A stretch of 20,236 bases of DNA from Chiloscyllium plagiosum (lineage: Eukaryota), in NCBI RefSeq assembly GCF_004010195.1, contig NC_057718.1:85676664-85696899 (forward strand), given 5' to 3'. The notes under the pieces were generated by a model. It had not been told where the DNA came from and ran no database searches. It saw only the letters and a program-made list of their open reading frames with translations. The number at the start of each line of letters is the position of its first letter. Position 1 is the first letter of the stretch. The position numbers and the translations under genes are program-made. Positions 8,723 through 19,334 of the stretch are shown piece after piece.

Positions 8723-10002
8723 AGAGATTCTGCAAGGTTGCTTTGCACACTCCGAGGCAGCTCATGCATCAACACAGGGTGTTTTTCTACTGATGTGAAC
8801 GCATGCACTTCACAGCCTTTAGTCTGCTCTCGTAGTGCTCACTCACTTTAACAATGAGTTACACGCTGCCAGCCTCTCTGTGGCTTGCATTGCTTTCTTA
8901 GTGCACAAGATCACTAGCACTAAGTTCCAGGATGTCAACATCTGCGGTTTATTTGCTTTTTAGCACAGAGATAAAGGCATGTAGCTGTGACAGTGGGGAG
9001 TACTGAACAATCTATCACTCACACTGGGGTGGACATGTTGGTGCAGGGCACTGCGCTATGTCAATACCAAAAATGGACCACGTGCCATGGCAAATACACT
9101 GTATGTAAGTCAAACATATGACCATATGTGAAGGTCAAAGGGCTACCCCTAGTGGGGCAAAGGGGAATTACAATTAATTGGAGTAGGGGGGTACACTGTA
9201 GTCAGTCAAGGGGCTTGTCCTATTTCAAGTCCAGGGTTTTGGTCACAGTCACTCACACTCTTGGTCTTCTGAGAATTTGGGGATCTTTTTCCTTGCAGTC
9301 CAGGATGGCCCACAGTCAGTGCTGCAGGTCAAGTGCAAATAGTTCAGGGATTACAGAGTAAGGTCAGCCTTAGATTGGGTAAACAAGCTGAATTGGATAG
9401 GAGCTGACGAGTTAACAAATTAACACAGTTCAGTGTAGTTCTTGCACTGCAGCTCCAAGGAGAATAAACAAAAGAGGTCACATGACTGAATAGTTCAACT
9501 GATAGAATGTGAGATTCTTCATCTCAGCATTGTGGATTTGAGTGCCACATTCGGCACAATTGTTTTGAAACTTCAATTATGAATAGGGACTCCCTATGAT
9601 TAGCAAGAGGGAATGTAGGTTTTAAGCAGTTTGAGCTAAGTAAAGGGTGGAAGTGTATTTTTCTTTCTTGCCCAGGTAGTACAGGAATGCCCAGAGATGA
9701 TTTCACTCACAAATTGGTTTTGGACATGGGTGAAGGCAAATCTTTAGGGGCAGGGTCCAGGACAGGGGTGTGCATCTGGGCCTAAACCCAAAGCTATTAA
9801 GGACTCACTATGCTTGGGTCGGGGTGTGCTTGGGTACTACTATGCCCAGGGTTGGGGGTAGCATTTTGACCTGTGATTACTCTTTCTGGTGAAAAGATGT
9901 AGGCAGAGATGTGATCTATGGCACCATGAGTGGTAGGAGATGAAGAAGCAGAGTGGAGGAGTAGTTCTTTAGCAGGGAAACCGAGGTATTTCTGTAGCTG
10001 GA

Positions 10003-10155
10003 AGACATAAGACCCATAAGTTCAGCCCATTGAGCCTGCTCAGGCATTCAACAGGATCATGATTTTTCCGACATTCCTCACATCCATTTCCTTGCCCTTT
10101 CCCCATCACCCTTGATTCCCCGACTGATTAAGGTACCATCTACCTTAGCCTTAAA
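10003..10155 (-). mobile_element. CR1-type LINE 3' end
   Basis: agacataagacccataag ttcagcccattgagcctgctc..cattcaacaggatcatg...ttccccatcacccttgattcccc; reverse complement resembles the tail at 14276-14392. Confidence 0.75.
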
Positions 10156-10169
10156 GAAGCACAAGGAAA

Positions 10170-10218
10170 GACAGGGCAGGCTTGATGGTCTGAATGACCT
10201 ATCCTGTTCCCCTGTCCT
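10170..10218 (+). mobile_element. Very short CR1-type 3' tail, opposite orientation to the adjacent one
   Basis: gggcaggcttgatggtctgaatgacctatcctgttcccctgtcc. Confidence 0.55.
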
Positions 10219-10372
10219 GCCCCCATCACTGTTGAGCTGCTGGAGGAGGACTTGCAGTCAGAAGGACTGGTCAGCAATTCCATTCCAGGTGACTCTCAAA
10301 GATATAGCTCCCTTGTATTTTATGCCAGCAACCTCAGTTCAAGCAGCAAATTGGGACCCCATGGGACTCCAT

Positions 10373-10676
10373 GGGGTGGCATAGTGGTTCAGTGGTTAGC
10401 ACTGCTGGGTCCCAGGTTTGATTCCAGCCTTGGGCGACTGTCTCTGTGGAGTTTGCACATTCTCCCGTTTGTGCGTGGGTTTCCTCCGGGTGCTCCGGTT
10501 TCCTCCCACAGTCCAAAGATGTGCAGGTTAGGTGAGTTGGCCATGTTAAATTGCTCATAGTGTTAGGGGCATTGGTCAGAGGGAAATAGGTCTGCTTGGG
10601 TTACTCTTCGGAGGGTCTGTGTGGACTTGTTGGGCCGAATGGCCTGTTCCCACACTGTAGGGAATCTAATCTAATC
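10373..10676 (+). mobile_element. Near full-length HE1/V-SINE
   Basis: ggggtggcatagtggttcagtggttagcactgctg...ggtttgattcc...gggtttcctccgggtgctccggtttcctcccacagtccaaagatgtgcaggttagg...ctgtagggaatctaatctaatc. Confidence 0.95.
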
Positions 10677-10804
10677 CCCTAATCTTCAATTTATAAATTC
10701 ATCTGCCAAGTTACTGATGGGATTTTCTCCAGATCTCATCCTTCCACCACAATGAGGAGAGTCTCTGTTTAGTGGAAAGGGCGTGTGGAATTTGTGTATT
10801 TTTT

Positions 10805-11416
10805 AGTCATAGAGTCATAGAGATGTACAGCATGGAATCAGACCCTTCGGTCCAACCCGTCCATGCTGACCAGATATCTGAAACTAATCTAGTCCCCTTT
10901 ACCAGCACTTGGTCCATATCCCTCTAAACCCTTCTTATTCATATTCCCATCCAGATGCCTTTTAACTGTTTTAATTGTACCAGCCTCCACCACTTCGTCT
11001 GGCAGCTCATTCCATACACACACCACCCTCTTTGTGAAAACGTTGCCCCTGACGACCCTTTTAAACATTTCCCCTCTCACCCTAATCTATGCCCTCTAGT
11101 TCTGGATTCCCCCACCCCAGGGAAAAGACCTTGTCTATTTACTCTATCCATGCCCCTCATGATTTTATAAACCTCTATAAGGGCCCCCCTCAGCCTCCGA
11201 TGCTCCAGGGAAAACAGCCCCAACCTGTTCAGCCTCTCCCCATAGCTCAAATCCTCCAACCCTGGCAACATCCTTGGAAATCTTTTCTGAACCCTTTCAC
11301 AACATCTTTCCGATAGGAAGGAGACCAGAGTTGCATACAATATTCCAACAGTGGCCTAACCAATGTCCTGTACAGCCGCAACATGACCTCCCAACTCCTG
11401 TACTCAATACTCTGAC
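10805..11416 (-). mobile_element. HER1/CR1 LINE 3' fragment (~610 bp)
   Basis: Minus ORFs ERVQKRFPRMLPGLEDLSYGERLNRLGLFSLEHRRLRGALIEVYKIMRG and FTKRVVCVWNELP; tail (ctatgact)n at 10805-10820. Confidence 0.95.
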
Positions 11417-12227
11417 AAATCAGCCTTGACCTTGTGTTTTGAATAAATATCTTTCTATCCCTTTAGTTGCATGTGTAATAGTCTTGAGAGTATTTGCACC
11501 AACCCAGTTCTCCATAACCAATGGGGAAGCTCAAGTGTTTAATAATGGCAGGGACAAACTGTCTGCAGTTGAAGTTGCATGTGACCTAAACCCACCATGA
11601 TGTTGAGATTCTTATGCATTTTATACGGGTAGTGTTTTGGTTACTGTACCAGGATACAGTTTGGATACTACTTCCTCCCAGTGGGTGTCTGCTGGTGCCA
11701 TCCTGTCTCTCTGAGGACAGGGGACAGCCAGACTGAGATCACAGTCCCTCCTTCCTCCTTGCCAATGATGCTGAGCACCCACTGAGGATTTTGCTGAAAC
11801 CCAAAGACAGTTTCAATGTGTTGAGCTGCTGTCCCATTGCCATGATGCTAACTCATTGGCAATGCGCTCATTAGTCTTCAGCAACTAATTTGCCTTGCAC
11901 TAATTTGCCATTATACAGGCACTAGTGGCATCCAGTGAACCTCCACCAAGATGCCAGTGCTGAAGACCCTCAGCTCCAACCTTAGAGGCTGCATTGGGAA
12001 GGTTGACACCCATAGCCTTTCACCAGGACAGAGACTTTCACTTCCGTGGGGACTGTTTCTAGATTGAACTTTGAAGGGAGCATGGTCTGGTGAACTGCCA
12101 CCTCTCTGAGCTGGTTCAGCATGAAAAAGCTGCAGGTCCTTGACATTCGCGAGGCCTGCCAGAGACAAAGTCCTTGCTCAGTGCCAGGCAGAAGAGCTAG
12201 TCTTGGCCAGGAATAGCCTGAACCCCA

Positions 12228-12355
12228 ACAAGAATGGTGCCAGGAATGAAAAGCATAACGTATGAGGAGCGTTTGAAGAATCTAGATCTCCACTGTATGG
12301 AGTTGACGAGGATGGAGGGGGATCTAATTGAAACTTACATAATACTGAATGGCCT
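12228..12355 (+). repeat. 128-bp displaced duplicate of CR1 segment 13114-13241
   Basis: acaagaatggtgccagg...ctgaatggcct in both places, 4 mismatches by manual comparison. Confidence 0.93.
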
Positions 12356-14392
12356 TGAGGAAGTAATGAGCAGGTTAGACCAAGGAGACCCAATGGACGG
12401 TATCTACTGAGGCTTCAAGAAGGCCTTTGACAAAGTGCCGCATAGGAGGTTACTGAGTAAGATATGGGTCCATGGTGTCAGAGACAAGGTGCTAACATTG
12501 ATAGAAGGCTGGCTGTCTGGCAGAAAGCAGAGAGTGGGGATGAAAGGGGCCTTCTCAGGATAGCAGCTGGTGACAAGTGGTGTTCGCAAGGGTCAATGTT
12601 GGCACCACAACTTTTCACTTTATACATTAATGATCTAGAGGAAGGAACTGAGGGCATTCTGGCTCAGTTTGTAGATGATAAAAAGATAGATAGAGGGACA
12701 GGTAGCATTGCGGAGGTGGGGAGACTGCAGAAGGATTTGGACAGATTAGGAGAGTGGACAAAGAAGTGGCAGATGAGTACAGCACAGGAAAGTGTGAGGT
12801 TATGCACTTTGGTAGGAAGAATAGAGGCATGGACTATTTTCTAAATGTGGCAAAAATTCAGAAGTCTGAAGTGGAAAGAGACATGAAAGTTCTAGTCCAG
12901 GATTCTCTCAAGGTAAACTTGCAGGTTGAGTCAGTAGTTAGTAAAGCAAATGCAATGGCATTTATTTTGAGAGGACTTGAATATAAAAGCAGGGGTGTAC
13001 TTCGGAGGCTCTGTCTGCCTCTGGTCAGATCACATTTGTAGTATTGTGTGCAGCTTTGGGCCCCATATCTCAGGAAGGATGTACTGGCCTTGGAGCATGT
13101 TCAGAGAATGTTCACAAGAATGGTGCCAGGAATGAAAAGCATAACGTATGAGGAGCGTTTGAAGAATCTAGATCTACACTGTATGGAGTTGATGAGGATG
13201 GAGGGGGATCTAATTGAAACTTTCAGAATACTGAATGGCCTACTCTGAGACGATGTTGAGAAGATGTTTCCATTGGTAGGAGAGACAAGAACCCGAGGGC
13301 ACAGCCTCAGAGTAAAGGGAAGACCTTTTAGAACGGAGCTAAGGAGAAACTTCTTCAGCCAGAGAGTGGGGAATCTGTGGAATTCATTGCCACAGATAGC
13401 TGTGGAGGCCAGGTCATTGAATATATTTAAGTCTGAGATAGATAGGTTCCTGAGTATCATAGGCAAGAGTGGGCTGATAAGTGGCAGATGGAGTTCAACC
13501 TGGAAAAGTGTGAAGTCATTCACTTTGGAAAGTCAAATTTGAATGCAGAATACAGGGTTAATGGTAGGATTCTTGGCAGTGTGGAGGAACAGAGAGATCT
13601 AGGAGTCCATATCCATAGATCCCTCAAAGTTCCCACCCAGGTTGATAGGGTTGTTAAGAAGGCGCATGTTGTGTTGGCTTTCATTAGCAGCGGGATTGAG
13701 TTTAAGAGCCGTGAGGTTATGCTGCACCTCTATAGAGTCCTGGTTAGGCCACACTTTGAATATTGTGTTCAGTTCTGTTCGCCTCATTATAGGAAAGATG
13801 TGGAAGCCTTAGAGGTTGCAGAGGAGATTTATCAGGATGCTGCCTGGACTGGAGGTCATGTCTTATGAAGAAAGGTTGAGGTAGCTAGGGCTTTCGTCAT
13901 CCGAGCGAAGAAGGATGAGAGGTGTACAAGATGTTGAGAGGCATAGATAGAGTAGATAGCCAGAGATGTTTTTCTCTGGCGGAAATATCTATCATGAGGC
14001 ATAATTTTAAGGGAATTGGAGGAAGATTTAGAAGAGATGCCAGAGGGAGGTTCTTTATTCAGAGAGTGGTAGGTGTGTGGAATGCACTGCCAGCAGTGGT
14101 AGTAGAGTCAGATACATTAGGGACATTTAAGTGACTCTTGGATAGGCATATGGAAGCTAGTACAATGAAGGGTAGAAATGTTAGTTTCATCTTAGAGTAG
14201 GATAGAAGGCCAGCGCAACATCGGAGGCTGAAGGGACTGTACTGTGCTCTACTGTTCTGTGTTCCATGTTCTATGGATCAAGGGTTATGGAGAGAAGGTG
14301 GGAGAATGGGGGTTGAGAAAATTATCAGCCATGATTGAATGGCAGAGCAGTTTTGATGGGCTGAATGGTCTACTTTCTGCTCCTATGTCTTT
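12356..14392 (+). mobile_element. CR1 LINE A: RT domain to 3' end (12356-~13460 and ~14276-14392), interrupted by CR1 B
   Basis: FKKAFDKVPHRRL, QGSMLAPQLFTLYINDL, QFVDD (degenerate YADD/FADD motif), FFSQRVGNLWNSLP; multiple stops/frameshifts; tail gatgggctgaatggtctactttctgctcctatgtc. Confidence 0.93.
13461..14275 (+). mobile_element. CR1 LINE B (different subfamily), nested in CR1 A
   Basis: WQMEFNLEKCEVIHFGKSN...RPHFEYCVQFCSPHYRKDVEALE; FFIQRVVGVWNALP; own tail ctgtactgtgctctactgttctgtgttccatgttctat. Confidence 0.92.
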
Positions 14393-14397
14393 TTGTC

Positions 14398-14821
14398 AAT
14401 AGAGAGAGGCTAAATAGGCTGGGGCTGTTTTCCCTGGGGCATCTCTGGCTGAGGGGGTGACCTTATATATGTTTATAAAATCACGAGAGGCATGTGTAGG
14501 GTAAATAGATAAGGTCTTATCCCTGGAGTGGGGGTGTCAAGAACTAGAGGACATCGGTTTATGGTGAAAGGGGAAAAATTTAAAAGTTTTCACGGAGAGG
14601 TGTGCATGTATGGAATGAGCTGCCAGAGAAAGTTGTGGAGATTGGTACAATTACAACATTTAGAAGACATCTGGATGGGTATATGAATAGGAAAGGTTTA
14701 GAGGGACATAGGCCAAGTGCTGGCAAATGGGACTTTGTTAGATTAGGATATCTGATCGGCATGGACGGGTTGGACCAAAGGGTCTGATTCCATGCTGTAC
14801 ATCTCCATGTCTCTATGACTG
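14398..14821 (+). mobile_element. HER1/CR1 LINE 3' fragment C (same subfamily as 10805-11416)
   Basis: gagaggctaaataggctggggctgttttccctgg...HVWNELPEKVVEIGTITTFRRHLDGYMNRKGLEG...tccatgctgtacatctccatgtctctatgact. Confidence 0.92.
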
Positions 14822-14960
14822 TAACATCAGGCAGGTGTGTCTGGGTCAGTAAGCTGAAGTGAAGGATGGAGGACCACACCTACCCTCAACAATTGCCATC
14901 TCAGGCACATACCCAGCTGCCTCCGTGGGCAGATAGCAGGCAGCTGTCGCGAGAACAGAG

Positions 14961-15152
14961 CAAAGATGTGGCAGGTTAGGTGGATTGGCCATAGGAAATT
15001 GGCCCATCCAAGGATGAGCATGGTAGGTCGATTGGTTATGGGAAATATAGGGATAGGGCAGGAATTTGGGCCTGGATGGGATGTTCATTGGAGAGTCAGT
15101 GCAGATGTGATGGGTCAAACAGCCTCTGAGTGCACTGTCAGGATTTTATGAT
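14961..15152 (+). mobile_element. 5'-truncated older HE1/V-SINE
   Basis: caaagatgtggcaggttaggtggattggccat...gggatgttcattggagagtcagtgcagatgtgatgggtcaaac...gcactgtcaggattttatga. Confidence 0.8.
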
Positions 15153-15399
15153 CCATATCTGGAAACGAGGAGTGAGCTTGCCTTTCCTTTTCCAAACCTC
15201 AGAGTTGAGCCCCACAGTTGTCGCGGTGGATCCTGACTGAGTGTCTGCAGTGATGTGTAACTGGGCTTCAAATATGGCATCTAAGTCCTGTCAGGAAGCA
15301 GATCATATACTAGCAAGCACTTCCATCTTCCTGACCACACAATTTCCCCCATACCTAATGAAGTGAAAAGCAGAAGATTGCGTCAAACAAATTCAGACC

Positions 15400-15925
15400 A
15401 GATCCCCTTGCTGTCATCCATCACCACACTTTAACAATTAATGAGAAAGTTCAGCCGCTGTATCTGTTGCTGTACAACAATAATGTGCTTCCTTTTTCAC
15501 TGCGATTGCACACTTTTATCCTCAATGTAACAATTTGAGCTTTGGGAGCTTATTTGGAAAATCCTTTGGGAATGTCAATATTTTGGGAATGTATGAATAT
15601 TTGCAGAAATATTCCTCAACAGAATAGCGCTGACGTTGACATTAGATGTAATTGAACAATATGCTTCATTAGGCTAGATCGGGAGCTATTGACAGTGAAG
15701 TCCCATTGTGAGTTGTATTTCCCTCATGAATAATTCAGTTAATGTAACAATTGGTATTAGCATTTGACCATTAAATTATAAACAGGGTTACTGAAGCATT
15801 ATAATCCATTTCTAGGTTTTAATAATTACCTTGTGGATTAAAGGATAACACCAATTACAGTTATTCTAGCTCACAGCTCAAGTCTCATTGTTAGGAGAGA
15901 TCACATTGAAAGAGGTTTAATGGCA
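15400..15925. promoter_or_regulatory. Candidate conserved non-coding element / enhancer
   Basis: No recognisable repeat; AT-rich; dense TAAT/ATTA cores, TGACAG (~15690), Sox-like CATTGT/ACAAT sites. Conservation itself not verifiable here. Confidence 0.4.
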
Positions 15926-16132
15926 GATTACTAAAATATGGGACTCATGTAGACTCCATGTGGATTATAGTGAGGTAGAGAGATACTACAAACATCCATC
16001 ACTGGATAATAAAGTGAGTAGAATTTGAAAAATAGTTCACACTGGCTTTAGTGTCAGGTCAATGGGGATAAACTTGAATCAAAGTTTGTGAGTTCAAATC
16101 TCACTCTCATCTGAAGGGAATCCAGTGCAGTT

Positions 16133-17351
16133 CACAGAGACTGTTACTGCTATTACTGAGGCTCTGGGGCACACAGGGAGAATGTTACTGTTATTACTGA
16201 GGCTCTGGGGCACACAGGGAGAATGTTACTGTTATTACTGAGGCTCTGGGGCACACGGAGAATGTTACTGTTATTACTAAGGCTCTGGGATTCTCAGGGA
16301 GAACTTTATTGTTAGTATTGAGGCTCTGGGGCACACAGGAGAACGTTACTGTTATTACTGAGGCTCTGGGGGAGACATGAAGAACCTTACTGTTATTACT
16401 GAGGCTCTGGGGCACACAGAGAGAGCTTTACTGTCCTTACTGAAGCTCTGGGGGAGACAGGGAGAATGTTACTGTTATTACTAAAGCTCTGGGGTACACA
16501 GGGGGAACTTTACTGTTATTACTGAGGCTCCGGGGCACACAGAGAGAGCTTTATTGTTATTACTGAGGCTCTGGGGGAGACAGGGAATGCTTTACTATTA
16601 TTACTGAGGCTCTGGGACACACAGAGAGAGCTTTACTGTTATTACTGAGACTCTGGGGGAGACAAGGAGAACGTTACTGTTATTACTGAAGCTCTGGGGG
16701 AGACAGGGAGAACATTACTGTTATTACTGAGGCTCTGGAGTACACAGGGGGAACTTTACTGTTATTACTGAGGCTCCGGGGCACACAGAGAGAACATTAC
16801 AGTTATTACTTAGGCTCTGGGGAACACAGGGAGTGCTTTACTGTTATTACTGAGGTTCTGGGACACATAGGGAGAACGCTACTGTTATTACTGAGGCTCT
16901 TGGGCACACAGGGGTAACTTTACTGTTCTTACTGAGGCTCTGGGGCACACAGAGATAATGTTACTGTTATTACTGAGGCTCTGGGGCACACAGAGAGAAT
17001 GTTACTGTTATTACTGATGCTTTGGAGTACACAGAGAGAACATTACTGTTATTACTGAGGCTGTGGGGCACACAGGGGAATGTTACTGTTATTACTGAGG
17101 GTCTGGGGCAGATGGGAAGAACTTTACTGTTACTACTGAGGCTCTGGGGGAGACAGGAGTACTTTACTGTTATTACTGAAGCTCTGGGGACCACAGGGGA
17201 ATCTTTACTATTATTACTGAGGCTCTGGAGTACAGAGAGAGAACGTTACTGTTATTACTGAGGCTGTGGGGTACACAGAGAGAATGTTACTGTTATTACT
17301 GAGGTTCTGGAGTTCACAGGGAGAACTTTATTATTATTACTGAGTCTCTGT
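16133..17351 (+). repeat. Minisatellite, ~41-bp unit, ~30 copies
   Basis: Consensus cacacagggagaatgttactgttattactgaggctctgggg repeated head to tail over ~1.2 kb with variant units. Confidence 0.98.
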
Positions 17352-17578
17352 TGCCTGTCTTCTATTGGAAGTATAAATCCGTGGCACTATTTTGAAGAAG
17401 TGCAGGAGAATTCTCTCCAGTGTCCTGACCTACATTTTATTCTTCAAGCAACGGCTACAATAAATAGTTGGTGATTTCATTACTGCCTGTGGGACTTTGC
17501 TCTGCCCAAACAGGATGTTTTCAAAACTTTGATAATGAAGCATCTTTTATGATGCCCTGAATTTGGAGATGAGTTCTT

Positions 17579-17749
17579 GATTAGATTAGATTAGATTCCA
17601 GCAGTGTGGAAACAGGCCCTTCGGCCCAACCAGTTCACACCGACCCTCCGAAGAGTAACCCACCCAGATCCATTTCCCTCTGATTAATGCACCGAGCACT
17701 ATGGACGATTTAGCATGGCCAATTCACCTGACCTGCACATCCTTTGGAC
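17579..17749 (-). mobile_element. 5'-truncated HE1/V-SINE inserted in the Deu-SINE tail
   Basis: (gatta)n tail, gtggaaacaggcccttcggcccaac...ttagcatggccaattcacctgacctgcacatcctttggac; imperfect flanking duplication atgagttctt / atgagtcttt. Confidence 0.9.
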
Positions 17750-19334
17750 AATGAGTCTTTCTTTGCAAGTGTAATTCTCTGTGTAGAATGTTCTCAGCCA
17801 CTGAATGATATGAGCAGCGTGAACTAGTTGGGACAATATGGTGAGAGTGGTAGAAGTGAGATTCTCTACATCCAGGCAGGGAAAGAAAGATGACTGATTC
17901 TGTGCCCAAGCTTTGAATGTTGAGAATTGTGCTTGTGACTGGTCGGGGACCTATCTGCATGTACAAGCTATTTGTATGAAACCTGCCTCATTGAAATGTC
18001 ATCTTCTATTCTCCCACACGCCAGACATTCACTAGATGGCAACATGTCCTGTCAGTAAAGTGCCTCTACTTCGCTGCTTGCTCATCTGGCCCTCCATCTT
18101 GGGCAGCATTCACCAAGGTCTCAGGACGCACACCATGGGTGGCAACCATCCACAAACTCGCCATCCATGGAGTTTGGCATCAGACCTATCGCAGCCTCAC
18201 GAAATCCTCTTGGCACCTTTTTGGCACACTTACAGCACAATTTGTCCACTTCAATGCTGTGCTTTGTTGCACCTTTATTATACTGCTATTGCCAGGACTC
18301 TTTGTGGGCAGGGACAGACAACAAACTCATGGATTGGACCAGGGAGAACTTCCCAACTCCTTGTTTGCTGTCTTAGCATGCTCTTATTTGAACTCACTTG
18401 GATGCTGTAGCCTTTTTGCCTTTTTGCACTTTCCAGGCTTGTTCATTACTTAAAAGCCCACAGTTTTGTTTTGTCTTGCTCTTTAGTGCAGATATAATGC
18501 CAGGCATCTTGTCATGGATGTTATCGGTCAAAGGGGTGGACATGTTACAGTGTGGCACCATAGTATGTCAATGCTTTACCTAGATCATGTGCCACAGCTG
18601 ATGTGGGAAACACACAGCATGTGCTTCATCTGAATGGCCATGTCTCAAAGTCTAAGGAGTGTAGTCCTCAGTCAGGTCAAGGGAGACAGCCTTCAAATCG
18701 TAGAGGGGAGCCTCTGAGAAAAATCTAGGAGTTTGGGCATGGTCAGTTGGTCACTTGTTAAGGGTCCAATGTCAAGGACTTTATATCACCACGGCCTAGT
18801 AGTAGGCCATAGTTATTCCTATAGGTCTGGTTGAACCATTCAAGGGCACTTGAACTAAGCCAGTCAAGGAGCAGCACAGAGAATAGTCAGGGAAGTCCAT
18901 CTAGCTTGGTCAGCTGGTGGCCCATGGTCAGGCTTGGGGATCAGCTCAATGAAAGGCCAGGGAGGTCTATCAGACACCACACTATTGGTAGGGGAGTTAG
19001 AGAAGTCAGTTCTGAGGACTGGAAGCGGCATGCTGGAATGCAGAGGAGACAATAATTGTAAAGGAGGATGCAATTCAATATATAAGGGCGGGAGATGACA
19101 GAGCATTGGAGGATGGGGATTACTGCAAGAGGGGTGCATCATTGACAGTCACAAACATTTTGGCTTCAGGAAAACAGATTTGATAAAACACAGTAGCAGA
19201 GCTGAATTATGCAAATACATTTGTGAAATGGTAGAGCCCCCACCTCTGGACTAGATCATCCACCTGCCCTGGGGTGCATTCTAACATGTCTGAACAAGTG
19301 GGATAAAATGTTTATTTTGTTTTCAGCAGTAGGC

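Larger units (their letters stand above)
16055..17764 (+). mobile_element. Deu-domain SINE split by the minisatellite (head 16055-16132; body/tail 17352-17578 and ~17750-17764)
   Basis: Head gaatcaaagtttgtgaGTTCAAATCtcactc...tccagtgcagt; body gtggcactattttgaagaagtgcaggagaattctctccagtgtcctgacctacatttt...ttactgcctgtgggactttgctctg. Confidence 0.8.

Noticed and set aside
10357..10376. Hairpin ccccatgg-gact-ccatgggg at a SINE 5' junction
   Set aside because: Only an 8-bp stem, partly formed by the SINE's first bases; compatible with chance
11640..12227. GC-richer stretches (also ~9000-9900, ~14830-14960, ~18040-19030) as exons
   Set aside because: No coherent ORF, splice pattern or recognisable homology; probably old unclassified transposon remnants that I cannot assign
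12356..14821. An active or domesticated reverse transcriptase gene
   Set aside because: Three separate truncated elements with many stops and frameshifts; no endonuclease domain or ORF1
16133..17351. Array as a CRISPR or as a coding repeat (ORFs 16194..16415, 16970..17194, 17022..17261)
   Set aside because: No unique spacers, eukaryotic context, no cas genes; unit of 41 bp is not a multiple of 3 and frames contain stops
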